Assembly (NCBI RefSeq): GCF_001194135.2
Contig: NC_068982.1
Location: 61,144,319 to 61,208,318 of the forward strand
Length of the DNA: 64,000 nt
Source of the DNA: Octopus bimaculoides
Lineage: Eukaryota
Direction of reading: 5' to 3'
The notes below the pieces were generated by a model. It was not told the DNA's origin. It saw only the letters and a program-made list of their open reading frames with translations, and ran no database searches. Shown one piece after another: positions 49,956-63,355 of this stretch (position 1 is its first letter; each line of letters begins with the position of its first letter). The translations under genes were made by a program, and so were the position numbers.

Positions 49956-52544
49956 CACATGATAATTATAAGACAGTGTCACTGTCATACAAACCAGTGA
50001 GGGATGATGACAGGAAAGGAATCAAGCCATAGAAAATCTACCTGAATAAATTTTGTCTGACCCATGCAAGCATAGAAGAGAGGACATTAAAATGATAATG
50101 ATGTTGGAGAAAGAAATAGTCTTAGCCAAAGTTGAAATGCTGAGTAAGAGAAACTGATTTCATTTCACACTCTAACTTCAAATAGAAAAAAGATAAGGGA
50201 ATTAAAAATAAAAGCATTTTAGCACAGTAAATGGTGTAAGACATATTACGCACTTAAATAAGACATCCTATGAATGAAATGTTAAAGTAAATTAGTGATA
50301 TAAGATTCATTCTAAAATTAAGTTCCTTTCTAAAGAAAAGTAGATATCTAAAACATACATCACCTGTCACTGTTTTATTTTTGTTGTTGTTTTCTTTTAA
50401 ATTTATTTTTAATAATTTGTATTTACTATAAATGATTATGTAGGCCATCTTCACAGAGAGAAAGAGAAGAGAGGAAACAGAGGGATGAGGGAGCAAACTG
50501 AAAAAATCTGTTGTTATCAACACAGATGTCATTCTCTTTAATCAGATGAGACTTGCTGGATAACCTCTAAAATACACCCAGTACAACATATTCAGAAAAA
50601 TGAACAGAAAATTTGAATTTCTAATGCTCATAATCATGTGATAAAGTCATAACTTCAAAGATTATAAAATCTACACACACATACATATGTGTGTGTGTAT
50701 AAATATGCACACACATGAATACTTATCAGTAAGACTAATATCTAGTGTTGTAATATATTTCTTTTTTTTTTTTTCTTTTTCTTTCACCTGATCTGCATAT
50801 CAGGAACCAAAATATATACATGTAATTTTCAGTGTACAAAGAAGGTGATGTGATTATCTCAGTGCACGTGTGAGTGTGTGCATGTGTGTGTTTGTATGTG
50901 CCTGTGTGTGTTCGTGTGTGCCTTGAAAATCCTTCAAATTAAGTGATGTTAAAAAGAGAAAGTTCAGAGCATGGGAAAATTTAAGTGCATCCTTTCTCAG
51001 GCTGGTACCGATAGAGACAAGAGATTAGGACAACCAAGAATTTCCTCTTGTTATCATATTTTAATCAGCTTCCTGTCTTTTTGAAATCAAATATATAATT
51101 CTATGTTCTTTTTAATTACAATTCTATAATATTTGGTTCCATTTTAACAACTGACAGGTGAGAACATAGACGTTATTTCTGAAAGGTAAGGTAAATAAAA
51201 ACAGATACCTGAAATATTAGTGATTGGTGTCAAATAGGATGTTGTAGTTTTTAATTTTTTAGCAGCAGCAGAATTAGATTTGAAGATTTAGAAAACTAAT
51301 ACAGTGTAACTTCAATTTATGAATTTGATTCATTCCTGAAGGCTGTTCGTCATCCAAAGTGTTCATAAAACAAAATTATTTTTCCCATTGGAAACTAAAG
51401 AGAAGGCATGGTGAATTCAAGCAGGGACATGCACTGAATGGAAGCAAGACTGATGCTCTCCAGCTGATATTCACACCTTGACACCAGTTGTTGTTGCTGG
51501 ATTGCATGTTCATTACTCAAGACACTGATTGTCACCGGAGATGTTTTTTGATAAAAAAAATTATTCATAAACCAATCACATCATGATCAAATGCATTTGT
51601 AAACATAGGTTCCATTGTATATTTATAGTTGTCATTTGAATTTGTAGAAGTTGGTTAAGGATTTGACCAACTTCCATAGGTTGGAGAAAAATAGGACAAC
51701 AGGATAAGGGATAAGAGCACGTCTAAATGCCCAGAGAGGAAGTGACAAACAAATAAGATGATGATTGATTGATTGACACATACATATATACATACATATA
51801 TGTGTGACCAGACTCAAGAGATCAGTGTTGGTCTGCATGGGAAAGACTTGTGTTATTCAGTAAAATCGATAAAAAGAGTGAATTTATCATGGGGACTGGA
51901 AAATCCAATGCTTCAGACAGAGTCCTTCTTCAGGGAGAAGCTGAAAGGCACACAATTAATAAGAGACAGAATAGTTTTATATCTTCTAAGTCAAAACACT
52001 CAAGAGCATCAACCAGCGCTAGCCAAAAAAAGTCTAATAAAGTGTGTGACAAAGAATCTTTGATCTGAAATCACTCACAACAAAATAAAGTATAACACAC
52101 AGCAACAAGGCTCACTCCAAATTGCATACCATATGTAGGGTAATCTATCTATCTCACTAACTAGATGTCTATCTGTCTGTCTATATGTGTATCAACTTTT
52201 ATATCTGAAAATCTCATATAGAAAATCAAACCTTATACCTACTTGTACTCTAATACCTTTCATTGTCCTTTATTTTATTTCACTCTTATTTTGTTTTGTT
52301 TGATTTTGTTTCATTTGTTTTATATCTTTTATTTCCTGTTTTTGTCTTCCTTAACTAACATCATTATCCTGTTTTCTTACCACACTCTAAGCAAGTTGCC
52401 TGAGATACACCAACACATTATATTGAGCTCTATTTCTTCTATTTGTGTCATATATCGCCAATTATATATTTATGTGTATGTATATATGTGTGGGGGGAGG
52501 GTTACAAAAACATTTTTGATACATGTCTAAAAGTAAAGCTCTTC

Positions 52545-52742
52545 ACCTTGAACAGCTTTTAGTCAAACAAATCAACCCCAGTACTTATTCTTTAAAAGTC
52601 TGGTACTTATTCAATCATTTACTTTTACCAAAGCATTAAGTTACAGGAGACAACCAGCACTGGTTGTCAAATGCTTCCAAACAGTTTCTGCCAACCAAAT
52701 TCACTCACAAAAACATTGGTTGGCCTGTGACCATAGTAGAAG
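52545..52742 (-). mobile_element. SINE family A, internally deleted
   Basis: Colinear blocks with 53076-53466. Confidence 0.7.
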
Positions 52743-53075
52743 TTACACCAGCCATTTCATCTTCAAATGAAATACAATAGCTACTTTAGAAAATTTGGCA
52801 ACAGTAAGCTCTAACCAATCCTAAGAACAATACTTTTGTGGTTAATATTGTTATCCTATTTAGATATAACAGTTAAAATCTAACCATGCAATATAATTTT
52901 GATGTAGTACAGGTTAATATTTTTATAATTATCATAAAATATTCTTTGCGTGTCTATCAGGTTCTTCATCAAGATTATACTGTGTTTTTTGTGGGTCATC
53001 AGGAAAGATTTAAGCAGAAATTCCTATAAAATCATATTTGAAAAGAGTAATATATATATATATATATATATATAT

Positions 53076-53466
53076 TTTTTACTTGTTTCAGTCATTTGAC
53101 TGCGGCCATGCTGGAGCACTGCCTTTAGTCAACCAAATCGACCCCAGGGCTTATTCTTTGTAAGCCTAGTACTTATTCTATCAGTCTCTTTTGCCGAACC
53201 GCTAAGTTACGGGGATGTAAACACACCAGCATCGGTTGTCAAGCGATGTTGGGGGGACAAACACATACACACATATATACATATATATATACACATATAT
53301 ACAATGGGCTTCTTTCAGTTTCCATCTACCAAATCCACTCACAAGGCTTTGGTTGGCCCGAGGCTATAGTAGAAGACACTTGCCCAAGGTGCCATAAAGT
53401 GGGAGTGAATCCGGAACCATGTGGTTGGTAAGCAAGCTACTTACCACACAGCCACTCCTGCGCCTA
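53076..53466 (-). mobile_element. SINE family A, full length, best-preserved copy
   Basis: tRNA-like head, internal (CA/TA)n, tail ending gactgaaacaagtaaaa; sits in a TA-rich tract. Confidence 0.9.
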
Positions 53467-53998
53467 TATACATATATATAAGCATGCAGAGAAATGCACA
53501 TATGCATGCACACACACACACATTTTTATAGTCACATATAATCTTATATAAATATACCTTCCTTGAACAAATACAAGCAATTATGTTGTGTGTGTGTACA
53601 GAATTGCATCATGGGTACACTTTGCACATAGCATATTCACATATGCTACATATCGATGTTACAAGTCATACAAACACATATTTTAAGCTAGTGTAAGGTA
53701 TATATATACATCTTTATACATTTGCTACACATATATACATTTATATATAGTTATATATGCTCTGTTGTAAATTATAACTTTCTTAAGAGTATATCAAAAT
53801 TTAAAGAAATTTATATTTCAAAACTTTAAATTTATTTAAGCAAATTTGAAAAAGTGGAAAATAATGTGCATGGTGCAGATGAATGGAAAGGATGGTTGAT
53901 ACCTTTTATGTAGCTGTAGTCATAGAAAGCATTAATAATATATTATTTTGGTGTACCAAATATTCATTTACACAACTATCTCTTGTCTTAGTTTCCAA

Positions 53999-54047
<49 letters not shown>

Positions 54048-54287
54048 NNNNNNNNNNNNNNNNNNNNNNNNNNNNNNNNNNNNNNNNNNNNNNNNNNNNN
54101 NNNNNNNNNNNNNNNNNNNNNNNNNNNNNNNNNNNNNNNNNNNNNNNNNNNNNNNNNNNNNNNNNNNNNNNNNNNNNNNNNNNNNNNNNNNNNNNNNNNN
54201 NNNNNNNNNNNNNNNNNNNNNNNNNNNNNNNNNNNNNNNNNNNNNNNNNNNNNNNNNNNNNNNNNNNNNNNNNNNNNNNNNNNNNNN

Positions 54288-54327
<40 letters not shown>

Positions 54328-56109
54328 GCTAAAGATCTGTTTAAAAGTCACAGTGTAGTGAAGAAATAAACAATTTATAAAAATTTGAAAATTAAAATGT
54401 AAAGAAATAAGTGTAAAGAATTGAAAATTCTTCCAGAAATCAAACTCAACAAGCTGTTAAAGTGAATATTTGAACGACACATGGGTAGCAAGTTCATTAG
54501 AATGGGAGGGGAGCAAAAGAATAGATTCCAGATATATGAAAACATAATGATACCTCTTGCCAGAACTTCAATCAGCTACCATTATCACTAGTCTTTAAAA
54601 TTGTCTCAGAGAGGAGAAAATAAATAAAGAATTCACTAAATACGCAGATGAAGGAGTGAATGAAAAGCTTAGTAATGTTGAAAGAGGTGGAATGAAAAAT
54701 AATTTTGAATAAAAATGTATATAAAGAGAAAAAAGTATAAAGGTTTATAAATCAATGGAAATGAAAATGTAAGGTGCATCAGGTATGAGCTTGTATTTTT
54801 CTTTAATTTTGTTCACACTGAACTAAAATTGGTGAGAGTAGTGTGGATCACAACAGATTAAGTTAACGAGATAAAAGTGAGAATTTCTCTAACAATTTAA
54901 ATCAAATAGCTATTTTTTTTTTATTAAATGGAAAGAAAAAGTAAAGGAAAAGTGAAAATCTTATGCGTAGCAAACAAATAAACAATTCTTTTTTTCCTTA
55001 CACTACTTTTATCTTCAACATTGGCCAACTAATTCTGTGAGACTTTGTAAAAGGACAAAATGTTGAAGTCTCTCAGATAAAACAAAAAAATCTATTTCTT
55101 TTTGTCTCCAAAGGTCAGAGTTATAGTGAAGTTCAGTAAAAATTCATTTGGTCGTACTTTTATGGATGTTATTAATTGAGTTTAGAACTTATAAAACTTT
55201 ATCATCTTTCAGTTGACATTCATAAACTTTACTCTAATTATAACAGTATATTCTTACCTCATCCAGTTATATATACATTCATTAATTCTGCACACACACA
55301 AAAAAAAAGTGATTTATATTCTAATAACCAACTGGAATTTAGTTCATTGTGGTAGATCAATTATTTAGTGGGGAATGAGCCTAACCCAAACAGTCAGATG
55401 GTTGATCTAACTATTCCTATCCTATTGTCAGTTTCAGTAGTAAAACTGAAGAGAATTTCTTAGAAAACCATAAAATTTCTTCGCAGAATCTTAGTCTAAA
55501 ACTTTGCTTCATAAGATGTTTGTCAACTTTGATGTTTTAAATTTTTATATATTTATCTATCAATAAATTTACCAAAATGGTAATATTTCTGATTCCAAAG
55601 CAATTAATGAAGAGACAATAAAATATAGAATGGATTGGAATTTGTTTTCAGGAATAGGTATCTTTTAAATCTCAATAAAATGTTTTAAAAGCCACTGTAT
55701 GATATTTTAAAAGGTTTGAAGCACTATAATTCTTGTGGATGCTTTTAACAAATTATCAAAATATTTTAGCCACAATTTGAATAGCCCATAGAATTCAGTT
55801 ATTTATTTGGAAATTTGCATTCTTATTATAAATAATTCTTTCTATAGGCTCTGAGAGTTTCTAGCTGATCAAAGCAGGTGAGAAAAATATATTAAAAAAT
55901 TAGATATCAATTTGAAATTTTTTTTAATAGTGTTTAATTTATTATTTAAGACATAGGACAAGGTGGTGAGAAAGTATCTTTAGACATTGGGCTTCACAGA
56001 GGGGATGACAAAGGACTGAGACTTCTGGCAGTTCACTGTGCTTGGGAAGACATGTCAAGCTAAGCAAAATTGTGGTTGCCCTTGCAAACAGACATGTCTC
56101 CTATATCCT

Positions 56110-56325
56110 TCTTCAGCCGAGCAATCCAAATCTTGCAGGCTCGTGGGTGCTGGTGCCATGTAAAAAGCACCCAGTACACTCTGTAAAGTGGTTTTTAGAA
56201 GGGCATCCAGCCATAAAAGCCATGTCAAAACAGACAAGAAGCCTGGGCAGCTCTTCAGCTGGCCAGCTTCCATCAAACCATCCAACCCATATCAGCATGG
56301 AAAATGGACATTAAATGATGATGAC
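56110..56325 (+). mobile_element. Older RTE-type 3' tail
   Basis: gaagggcatccagcc...cagcatggaaaatggacattaaatgatgatga. Confidence 0.75.
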
Positions 56326-56822
56326 AATGGTAAAAATTGGTTACTGAAAGTCAGTCTAATGAAGTGAATGCATGTGTTCTGATTTACAATTAAATGGATC
56401 TTGATTAACCTTGCTAAGTCTCCTATGCAATACTCTTACATCCAGCCAACTATGAAACAGTAGTTTCTACTGTAGCTGGTTCACTGTAGCCTCTACACAC
56501 TGATAATTTCATGTATCTGACCCTACAAACATTCACTTACCATACACAGAATTTATTCATATGCAATTTCAACACCTTCTACCATGAGTAAGGGCCTCCA
56601 ACATTCTCTAACGAGTAGCTGACTTAACAACACATTAAACAATACATCTCTCAAAAGCAAAAGCTATATTATACACAAACAACTCATAAAATGCTACAGG
56701 CAAAACAAATATAATCTATGAGATCACATATAATTCATTTAACCTGAACCGCTTAAAATGAGAAAAACTAAACTTACTTTCTAAAACCCCAAAAATACCT
56801 CAACTCTAAACAACTGATGTCC

Positions 56823-57100
56823 CTATATAAGAGCCCTGGGCCAATAAATGCATTGTAAGTGAATATGGTAGATTGAAACTGTGTGGAAGCCCATCATATA
56901 TATGTATGTGTGTCTGTGTGTTTGTCAACCTTTGACAATCAGTGTTGGTTTGTTTGTGTCCCTGTAAATCAATGGTTCAGGAAAAAGAAAATAGAATAGA
57001 TATCAGACTTAAAAACACTGGGATAAATTTTTTCAACCAAACCCCCCTCCAAAGCAGTGCCCCAGCATGACCAGTCCAATAACTGAAACAAGTAAAAGAT
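56823..57100 (+). mobile_element. SINE family A, diverged
   Basis: Ends gtgccccagcatgaccagtccaataactgaaacaagtaaaaga. Confidence 0.65.
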
Positions 57101-57304
57101 GCAAAAAAAAAAACCAGATAGATATTCAAATATCCTACACACAAGTACATCTAGTAATATTTATTTGCTTGGGTTGGCAGACTTCATTTGCCAAACCTCA
57201 ACCAACTACTTAGCTACCATCCTGCTATGTTTCTCACTAATTCCATGTTTTTTTCCACATGTAAACATAGCCACCAAATTGGTTTCACATCACATCCTTG
57301 TGTC

Positions 57305-57534
57305 TTAACCTTTTAAATTTCAGATTACTCTCTCAAATATAAGACTTGCTTATTCACTTTCATTTTTGAATTAATCCTGCATTATCTCATAACCTCAAGA
57401 TTCCAATTATGTAACTGTTCATTTTTAGAATAACACTGTAGAGTAGGTGTAAGAGACTGAACCTGGCTAATTTGAACATAAAACAAGTAGAATATTTTGG
57501 CCAGATATGACTGGTTTAAATGTTAAAGGGTTAA
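57305..57534 (+). mobile_element. piggyBac-type MITE
   Basis: TTAA-CCTTTT...AAATGTTAAAGGG-TTAA; internal match to 12545. Confidence 0.85.
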
Positions 57535-57769
57535 TAAAGAAGAAATACATTGGACAATGGGTAGTCACAGTTTATCCTTGTTTCAGTCATTGGACTTTGA
57601 CCATCTTGGGACACTGGGTTGACTTCACTTGGGTTGACATTGATCATATGTGCATCTATTTGGCCAAGGCTGACCTGATATAAACAACATAAAACAGCAG
57701 CAGTAGATACAATAACAATAAGATTAAAGAAACATCTTGTCAAATACTGCAGAACTATCTTTTATGTTT

Positions 57770-58050
57770 TATTTGTTTCAGTTATTAGACTGAGGTTATA
57801 CTGGTGCACTGCCTTGAAGACATTTTAGTTGTAGGAATCAACCTTAGTACTTATTATCTTTCTTATTTTTATTATTATTATTATTATTATTATATCTATT
57901 GGTCTCTTTTGCCAAACTGCTAAATTAAGGAGATGTAAACAGACCAACACCAGTTGTCAAGTGGAGATACCTGCCTCAGATGCCCCACAATGGCATTGAA
58001 TCTGAGATCATGTGGTTGAGAAGCAAGCGTCTTACCACACAGCCATACTT
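57770..58050 (-). mobile_element. SINE family A, diverged
   Basis: Colinear blocks with 53076-53466. Confidence 0.7.
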
Positions 58051-58169
58051 GTATCTATGTTGATAAGTACAAGAAATGATCTGATGTTTCAAAATCTAAT
58101 TCATATTGAAAACAAAGAACACTATGAAAACTTGAAGTGATAAAGTATGACAACAATGATTGGCGACAA

Positions 58170-58260
58170 CAATTATTGGCGGCGATCATGATGATGATGA
58201 TGATGATGATGATGATGTTGATGATGACAATGATGATGACAAAGATGATTATGACGAGAC
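58170..58260. repeat. (GAT/GAC)n low-complexity tract
   Basis: Direct reading; similar tracts at 58600-58680 and 59250-59340. Confidence 0.85.
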
Positions 58261-60025
58261 AATATGAAAATAACTTGAAATATGAAAAGCATCATCATAA
58301 GAAATAATTATGCCATCATTATCTCAAATTAGTGAAGAGTTTTTCGTTGTCGGTGAGGGTCAGCTTCTTACTTCTTTGCCTCACTTCCAAAATAACACTA
58401 AGTCGAGGAGTGATATCTGGAAATAAATCATCTCGACAATAACAAAAGAGGCAAAGAGAAGACTGCAGAGAAAGATAAAGAAAGGAAACAACAGTGGTGA
58501 AAGAGTGCGCAGCATTTACATTCATTTGCATATATAAAAGTTAAAACAATTGTTGACAGTGGAAATCTTTTGACAACATAATCGAAACAGTTATATGAGC
58601 AATGGTGGTGGTGGTAGTGGTGGTGATTGTAGTGGTGGAGGTGGTAATGGTGGTGGTAGTGATGATGAGGACAGCAGTAATGGAGACAGACAGCAAAGAA
58701 ATTGAGGACAGTTATGAGCATGGACATTAATTGATTAAATCATCTGGATTGGAGATGATAAAGGAAATGGAGCCAAACTAAATGAGGAAGGGGAGGAGGA
58801 AGAGAATAATGGCAGCAGTGATGAAGGGGTGAAGAGAGTAGAGTGGAGAGTTGATGGTAGGTAGATGGAAGGAAGTAGAGGGAGGAGAGGAAGCAGTGAC
58901 CAGTGGGTGAAAATAAATTGATAAATGAAATAATAATTAGATTTTCGTAATTGTAAATAAAGATGAGGGAAGAGTATCTAAATGTAACATCAGTGAGGAA
59001 ACTGATAATAAGCAGGTAGGTGGTGTTGGTGGGAGTCTGTGAGAGAGAGAGAGAGAGATTGAGCAAGGAGTAATATATGGGTGGAAGGAGGAGTAGAAGT
59101 AAGTGATTAAAGAAAAAATGAGAGAGATGAGGAGAATGGATGGAGGTTCTGATGGCACAGAAAATAATAACAATATACAATAAAATACTGGAATCTGAAA
59201 ATAACTTGAAACAGGAAATCACCAACATGTATTAAAGGACATGAAAGACAATAATAACCACAACAACAATGTTAATGTTGATGATGACGATGATGACAAT
59301 GATGATAACAAAAATGACAATGATGACAACTATGATGGTTTGCATTAGTTGTTGAAAATAGAAGGAAACATAAGAAGGAGACAGAGAAGTACAAAACCCT
59401 GAGCGGTGGTTATAGATATTGAAAACAAATTGAGCATTGTTGATTTTAGATGGAGGGCATCTGGGGTGAACTTAAAAGTCAAGTTTCTTAGCTTTCAAAA
59501 GAAATACAATGATGTTGAACTAGATCTTAATAGTTTAGTTTTTGTGGAATATACTTTTTCCATTTATTTATTTTTTTCCCATGTATATATCAGAGGTTCC
59601 CAAACTAGGGTAAATTTACTCCTAGAATCAAAAAATTTACCCTATTCAAGGTACTGCTAATTCTGGATTTGTACATATTCTTTTTCAACCCCATACCCAT
59701 GCCTGGCAGCCACAGGCATGGGAGTATGTGTGGCACCTGAGCCAACCAAAGCCTTCTGAGTGAATTTAGTAGTAGGAAACTGATACATACATACATACAT
59801 ACACACTCACACACACATACATACATATAAAATCAAGTAAAGGTATAAACCTCATTAATCAATCATAAATCCAATGAAAATACTGGTTAGTTACCAATGT
59901 ATAGAAAGTTCAACTATAAGGTAACCATATAAACTGTGGTTTATATATTTATATATTTAAAGAATAAGGAGAAAAGGGAGAGGTAATTAATAAAATTATT
60001 TATTAAATATCAAATATGACATCAT

Positions 60026-60103
60026 CTCTGACAGCTGTTTCGATTCAGAAATCTTTAGATAATTTATAAAATTAAAATCATTATATGATGAATCTCTTCA
60101 GAG
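60026..60103 (-). ncRNA. Candidate minimal type I hammerhead ribozyme motif (Penelope-associated type)
   Basis: Minus strand: CUGAAGA-GAUUCA-(41 nt)-UGAAUC-GAAA-CAGCUG-UC-AGAG; stem I is marginal. Confidence 0.5.
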
Positions 60104-60297
60104 GTAGTAAGGATATACCAATTAGAAATACATGTTGAAATAATGGCTATAAAACCGTTTTTTAGCTGTTATCTCAACATATATTTGTTCCAACTGAAGT
60201 CCTTCTTGAGCAACACATTTTTCCATTCGAGTCAATACAAAATTACAGGTAGCATTTATGGAATTTTGATTTACTGTCAGGTGACATCTGGCCAACC

Positions 60298-60342
<45 letters not shown>

Positions 60343-60579
60343 TGTATATATGAGAGACTCTCCCATCGAAGGCAACATATGAGTGTTCAGGAAGAAAACA
60401 AAAAAAGAAATCCAACCAAATAGATAACCAACAACACACTCACATTAATATTAATACCTTTCACCAATGTTTACAATTCATTCTCTTCACCTGGTGACTC
60501 TTCAGGCCACCAAAAGCAACATAGATATGAACATGACTTATTAAACCAGCATGTGATAGCTGGAAACTGATACATGCAT

Positions 60580-60621
<42 letters not shown>

Positions 60622-61019
60622 CACTGGATATAATAAACAGCAGCAGACCTTGTTGAAATTTCAGTCTTCTCAATTCCTTGATCATACTTTTGGTATGTAC
60701 TGTAGAATATTTTCAGCAACCATATTGTCTGGTTACTCAGAGATTATGTGACCAAGATAACTAAACTCTTTGACATTCTTGATAAGAAGGTTATAAACCT
60801 AGAAGCGAGATCACCTAATGATTTTGGAGACATTAAAAGGCCACAAGAGCAGAAATACAGAAGACAAACAAAATTATATTCTTCTGAAGTGTCTGAGACA
60901 GTAAAGATAAAAGTTAAATTTAATGAAGGAAAAAAAGATGTCACATAGCTTCAGACAAAATGGAATATACACAGAAAAAAATTTTAAAAAAACATCCCAG
61001 TTTGCTTAAATATGGTGTA

Positions 61020-62507
61020 TAGTTCTACTTTCATTCATGTTGAGAAGAGCAAAGGCTGGTTACGAGTGGGGAGGACGTGAGTTTAAGATAAACCACTTGC
61101 TGTTCATGGATGACCTAAAACTGTTTGGGAAATCCTATGAACAGATTGATTCCCCTGTACAGACAGTTCATACAATCAGCATGGACATAGGAATGGAATT
61201 TGGCATTAAAAAATGTGTAGGGTGCTACTGCTGAAGTGAAGTAGAATTGATAAGATGGAAGGAATTATATTGCCAGACAGGCAAGTTGCAGAGTAAATTG
61301 ACAACAATGGGTATAAGTACTTAGGCATCCTGGAGACAGACCAAATGAAGGAGAAAGAAACAAAAGAGCTGTTATTAAAGGAATATAAAGAGAGACTGAA
61401 ATTGGTGTTAAAGACAAAGTTAAATGGTAGGAATAAGAAACTGGCTGTCAACACATGGAACAATGCAACTCTAAGATATAGTGCTGGTATAGTGCTGGAG
61501 AAGTGGTGAGTGTAAGGAGCTTGATAGAAGGACCTGTGAAATGTGCATGAAGTCTAAGGAAAAGAATCTGGTATGGTATGTAAAGAATTCAACAGAGAGA
61601 TTGGTGGCAGGAGTAAGAAAGATGAAAGCCCTAAACAATGATGAAACAAAGGAGAATTTTAACAAGACAGACAGAATGACACCTTGAATAGATGGAGAAA
61701 GGGGATAAAAATGTATGGTCAATTCCTGCGGGAAATACCTGAAACAACTGACAAAGATCTAGGAATGGACTAGGAAAACCAACAAGTGACTTGAAAGTTG
61801 AAACTGAAGCCCTTATTTTTGCAGCCCAAGAACAAGCACTGAGAACAAACTATATCAAGTTCAATATTGACAAGTTAGCAATTTCCCCATTTTGTAGGTC
61901 GTGTGGTAAGAAAGGTGAAACAATAAACTACGTTATTAGTGTATGTAAGATGCTTGCACAGAGAGACTACAAGAGAAGGCACAACAACATTGCCAAATTG
62001 GTTGACTGGAAGCTCTGTCATAAGGATGACATGAGTATATGTGAGAATGGTATGAGCACCAACTGAAAAGGGTTCCTGAAAATGAACAACATAAGACCTT
62101 GTGGGACATGATCATTCAGTGTAACCATCTTATCATGGCTAGAAAACCTGTCCAATTATTGTGGACATTGCTTCACCGTTGGACCACAGGGTGAATGAGA
62201 AGGAAAGTGAGAAAGTTGAAAAATATCAAGAGCTGAAGAGGGAAGCTAGACAACTATGGAGAATGTGACACTTAGAAGTGGACACTGAGAAGTGGTACTG
62301 TGAGCAGTTAGTAAAAGGGGTAGATGCATGGCTTGAGACAGGACTGCTACAGAAAACAGACCTGTTAGTAACAGCAAGGATTCTAAAGCAGGTGTTAGAA
62401 AGTTGAAGGAATGAACCAAAGGACCTTCTGGCCACTGGATATTACTTGCTTTTTTTGGTGTAGTGTTAGTATATCATCTGCCAGAGTAACATCGTCATGG
62501 ACAATGG
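61020..62507 (+). mobile_element. 5'-truncated, frameshifted R4/Dong-clade non-LTR retrotransposon
   Basis: RT motif KINHLLFMDDLKLF and MEFGIKKC; ETEALIFAAQEQALRTN; knuckle CRSCGKKGETINYVISVC; RRHN; endonuclease LWD...ARKP / VDIASP..EK.EKYQEL; C-terminus LQKTDLLVTARIL; followed by (GAT)n and (ATT)n. Confidence 0.85.
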
Positions 62508-63355
62508 ATGATGATGATGATGATAACAACAATTTTCATCATCATTATTATTATTGAATAAATGAATGAATTTCAAGGCACTGAGCTTTCTTCAATAATT
62601 CTCCTTCTCACAGAGTACAAAATTTTTAAAAATATACTTTACTTCCTCATTAGCATTCTGACACTCACAGGTACATAGTTTATTTATTCCTTTTTCACAT
62701 TATAATATAATGTTGCTACATATTTTCTTGATAATATTTGAAACATACTTTTTTTCAATCAAGCTAAATTGAATTCAAAACAAAACAAAACAAGACAAAA
62801 TCTCACAAATTCCAAAGACATTATTTCATTTAAAATCACATAGACATGCAAACAAAACTCATACGCAATCACATTATTTAGCATTTTTTTTAATGTTTTA
62901 TGTCAATCTAGTCATGTTAGCCAAGACTGAATTCTCAGTTTCTTGTTACTTGCATGAATTGTTGGAACAGTAGGATATTTTTGGTTAACACCAACAACCA
63001 TTTAATTATGAAGTATCATTAATAGTTAGTTTCAACAAAGTGGACAGAATTTATTTGAAAAATGCTTTATTTTCTTTTTTGTTTCTTTATTGTTTTCTAT
63101 TTTCCAAAGGCTTAATCAGGAGCAGCAGTGCCTATGACCTTCACATGTCTTCCAAAACTGGTTAGATTAACATCGGTGATGTTCAAAATAAGGAACATCT
63201 GTGAGTAGACATCTACAGGCAAAACATGGACAGGAAAGGCAGGAAAAGATACTAAAGAACAGATACTATATGTGGTGAGAGAACAGTATTACCTGGCCCT
63301 TCATTGTGGAATTTCGTCTATTGCAGGTATTTGAACCAAGCTTCCAGCTAGACAA

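Noticed and set aside
60122-60300. GIY-YIG endonuclease remnant (IYVEIT..KKRFYSH) beside the hammerhead motif
   Set aside because: Resemblance is limited to a few residues and the upstream motif is missing; an HMM search would be needed.
60706-60948. Plus-strand frame NHIVWLLRDYVTKITKLFDILD as an exon or part of the R4 element
   Set aside because: No R4 motif, weak donors and no recognised homology; same verdict for ORF 59406-59660.
63110-63201. Plus-strand exon after a long pyrimidine tract
   Set aside because: All three frames stop before the strong GTGAGT donor; only a weak GTTAGA donor would keep a frame open.
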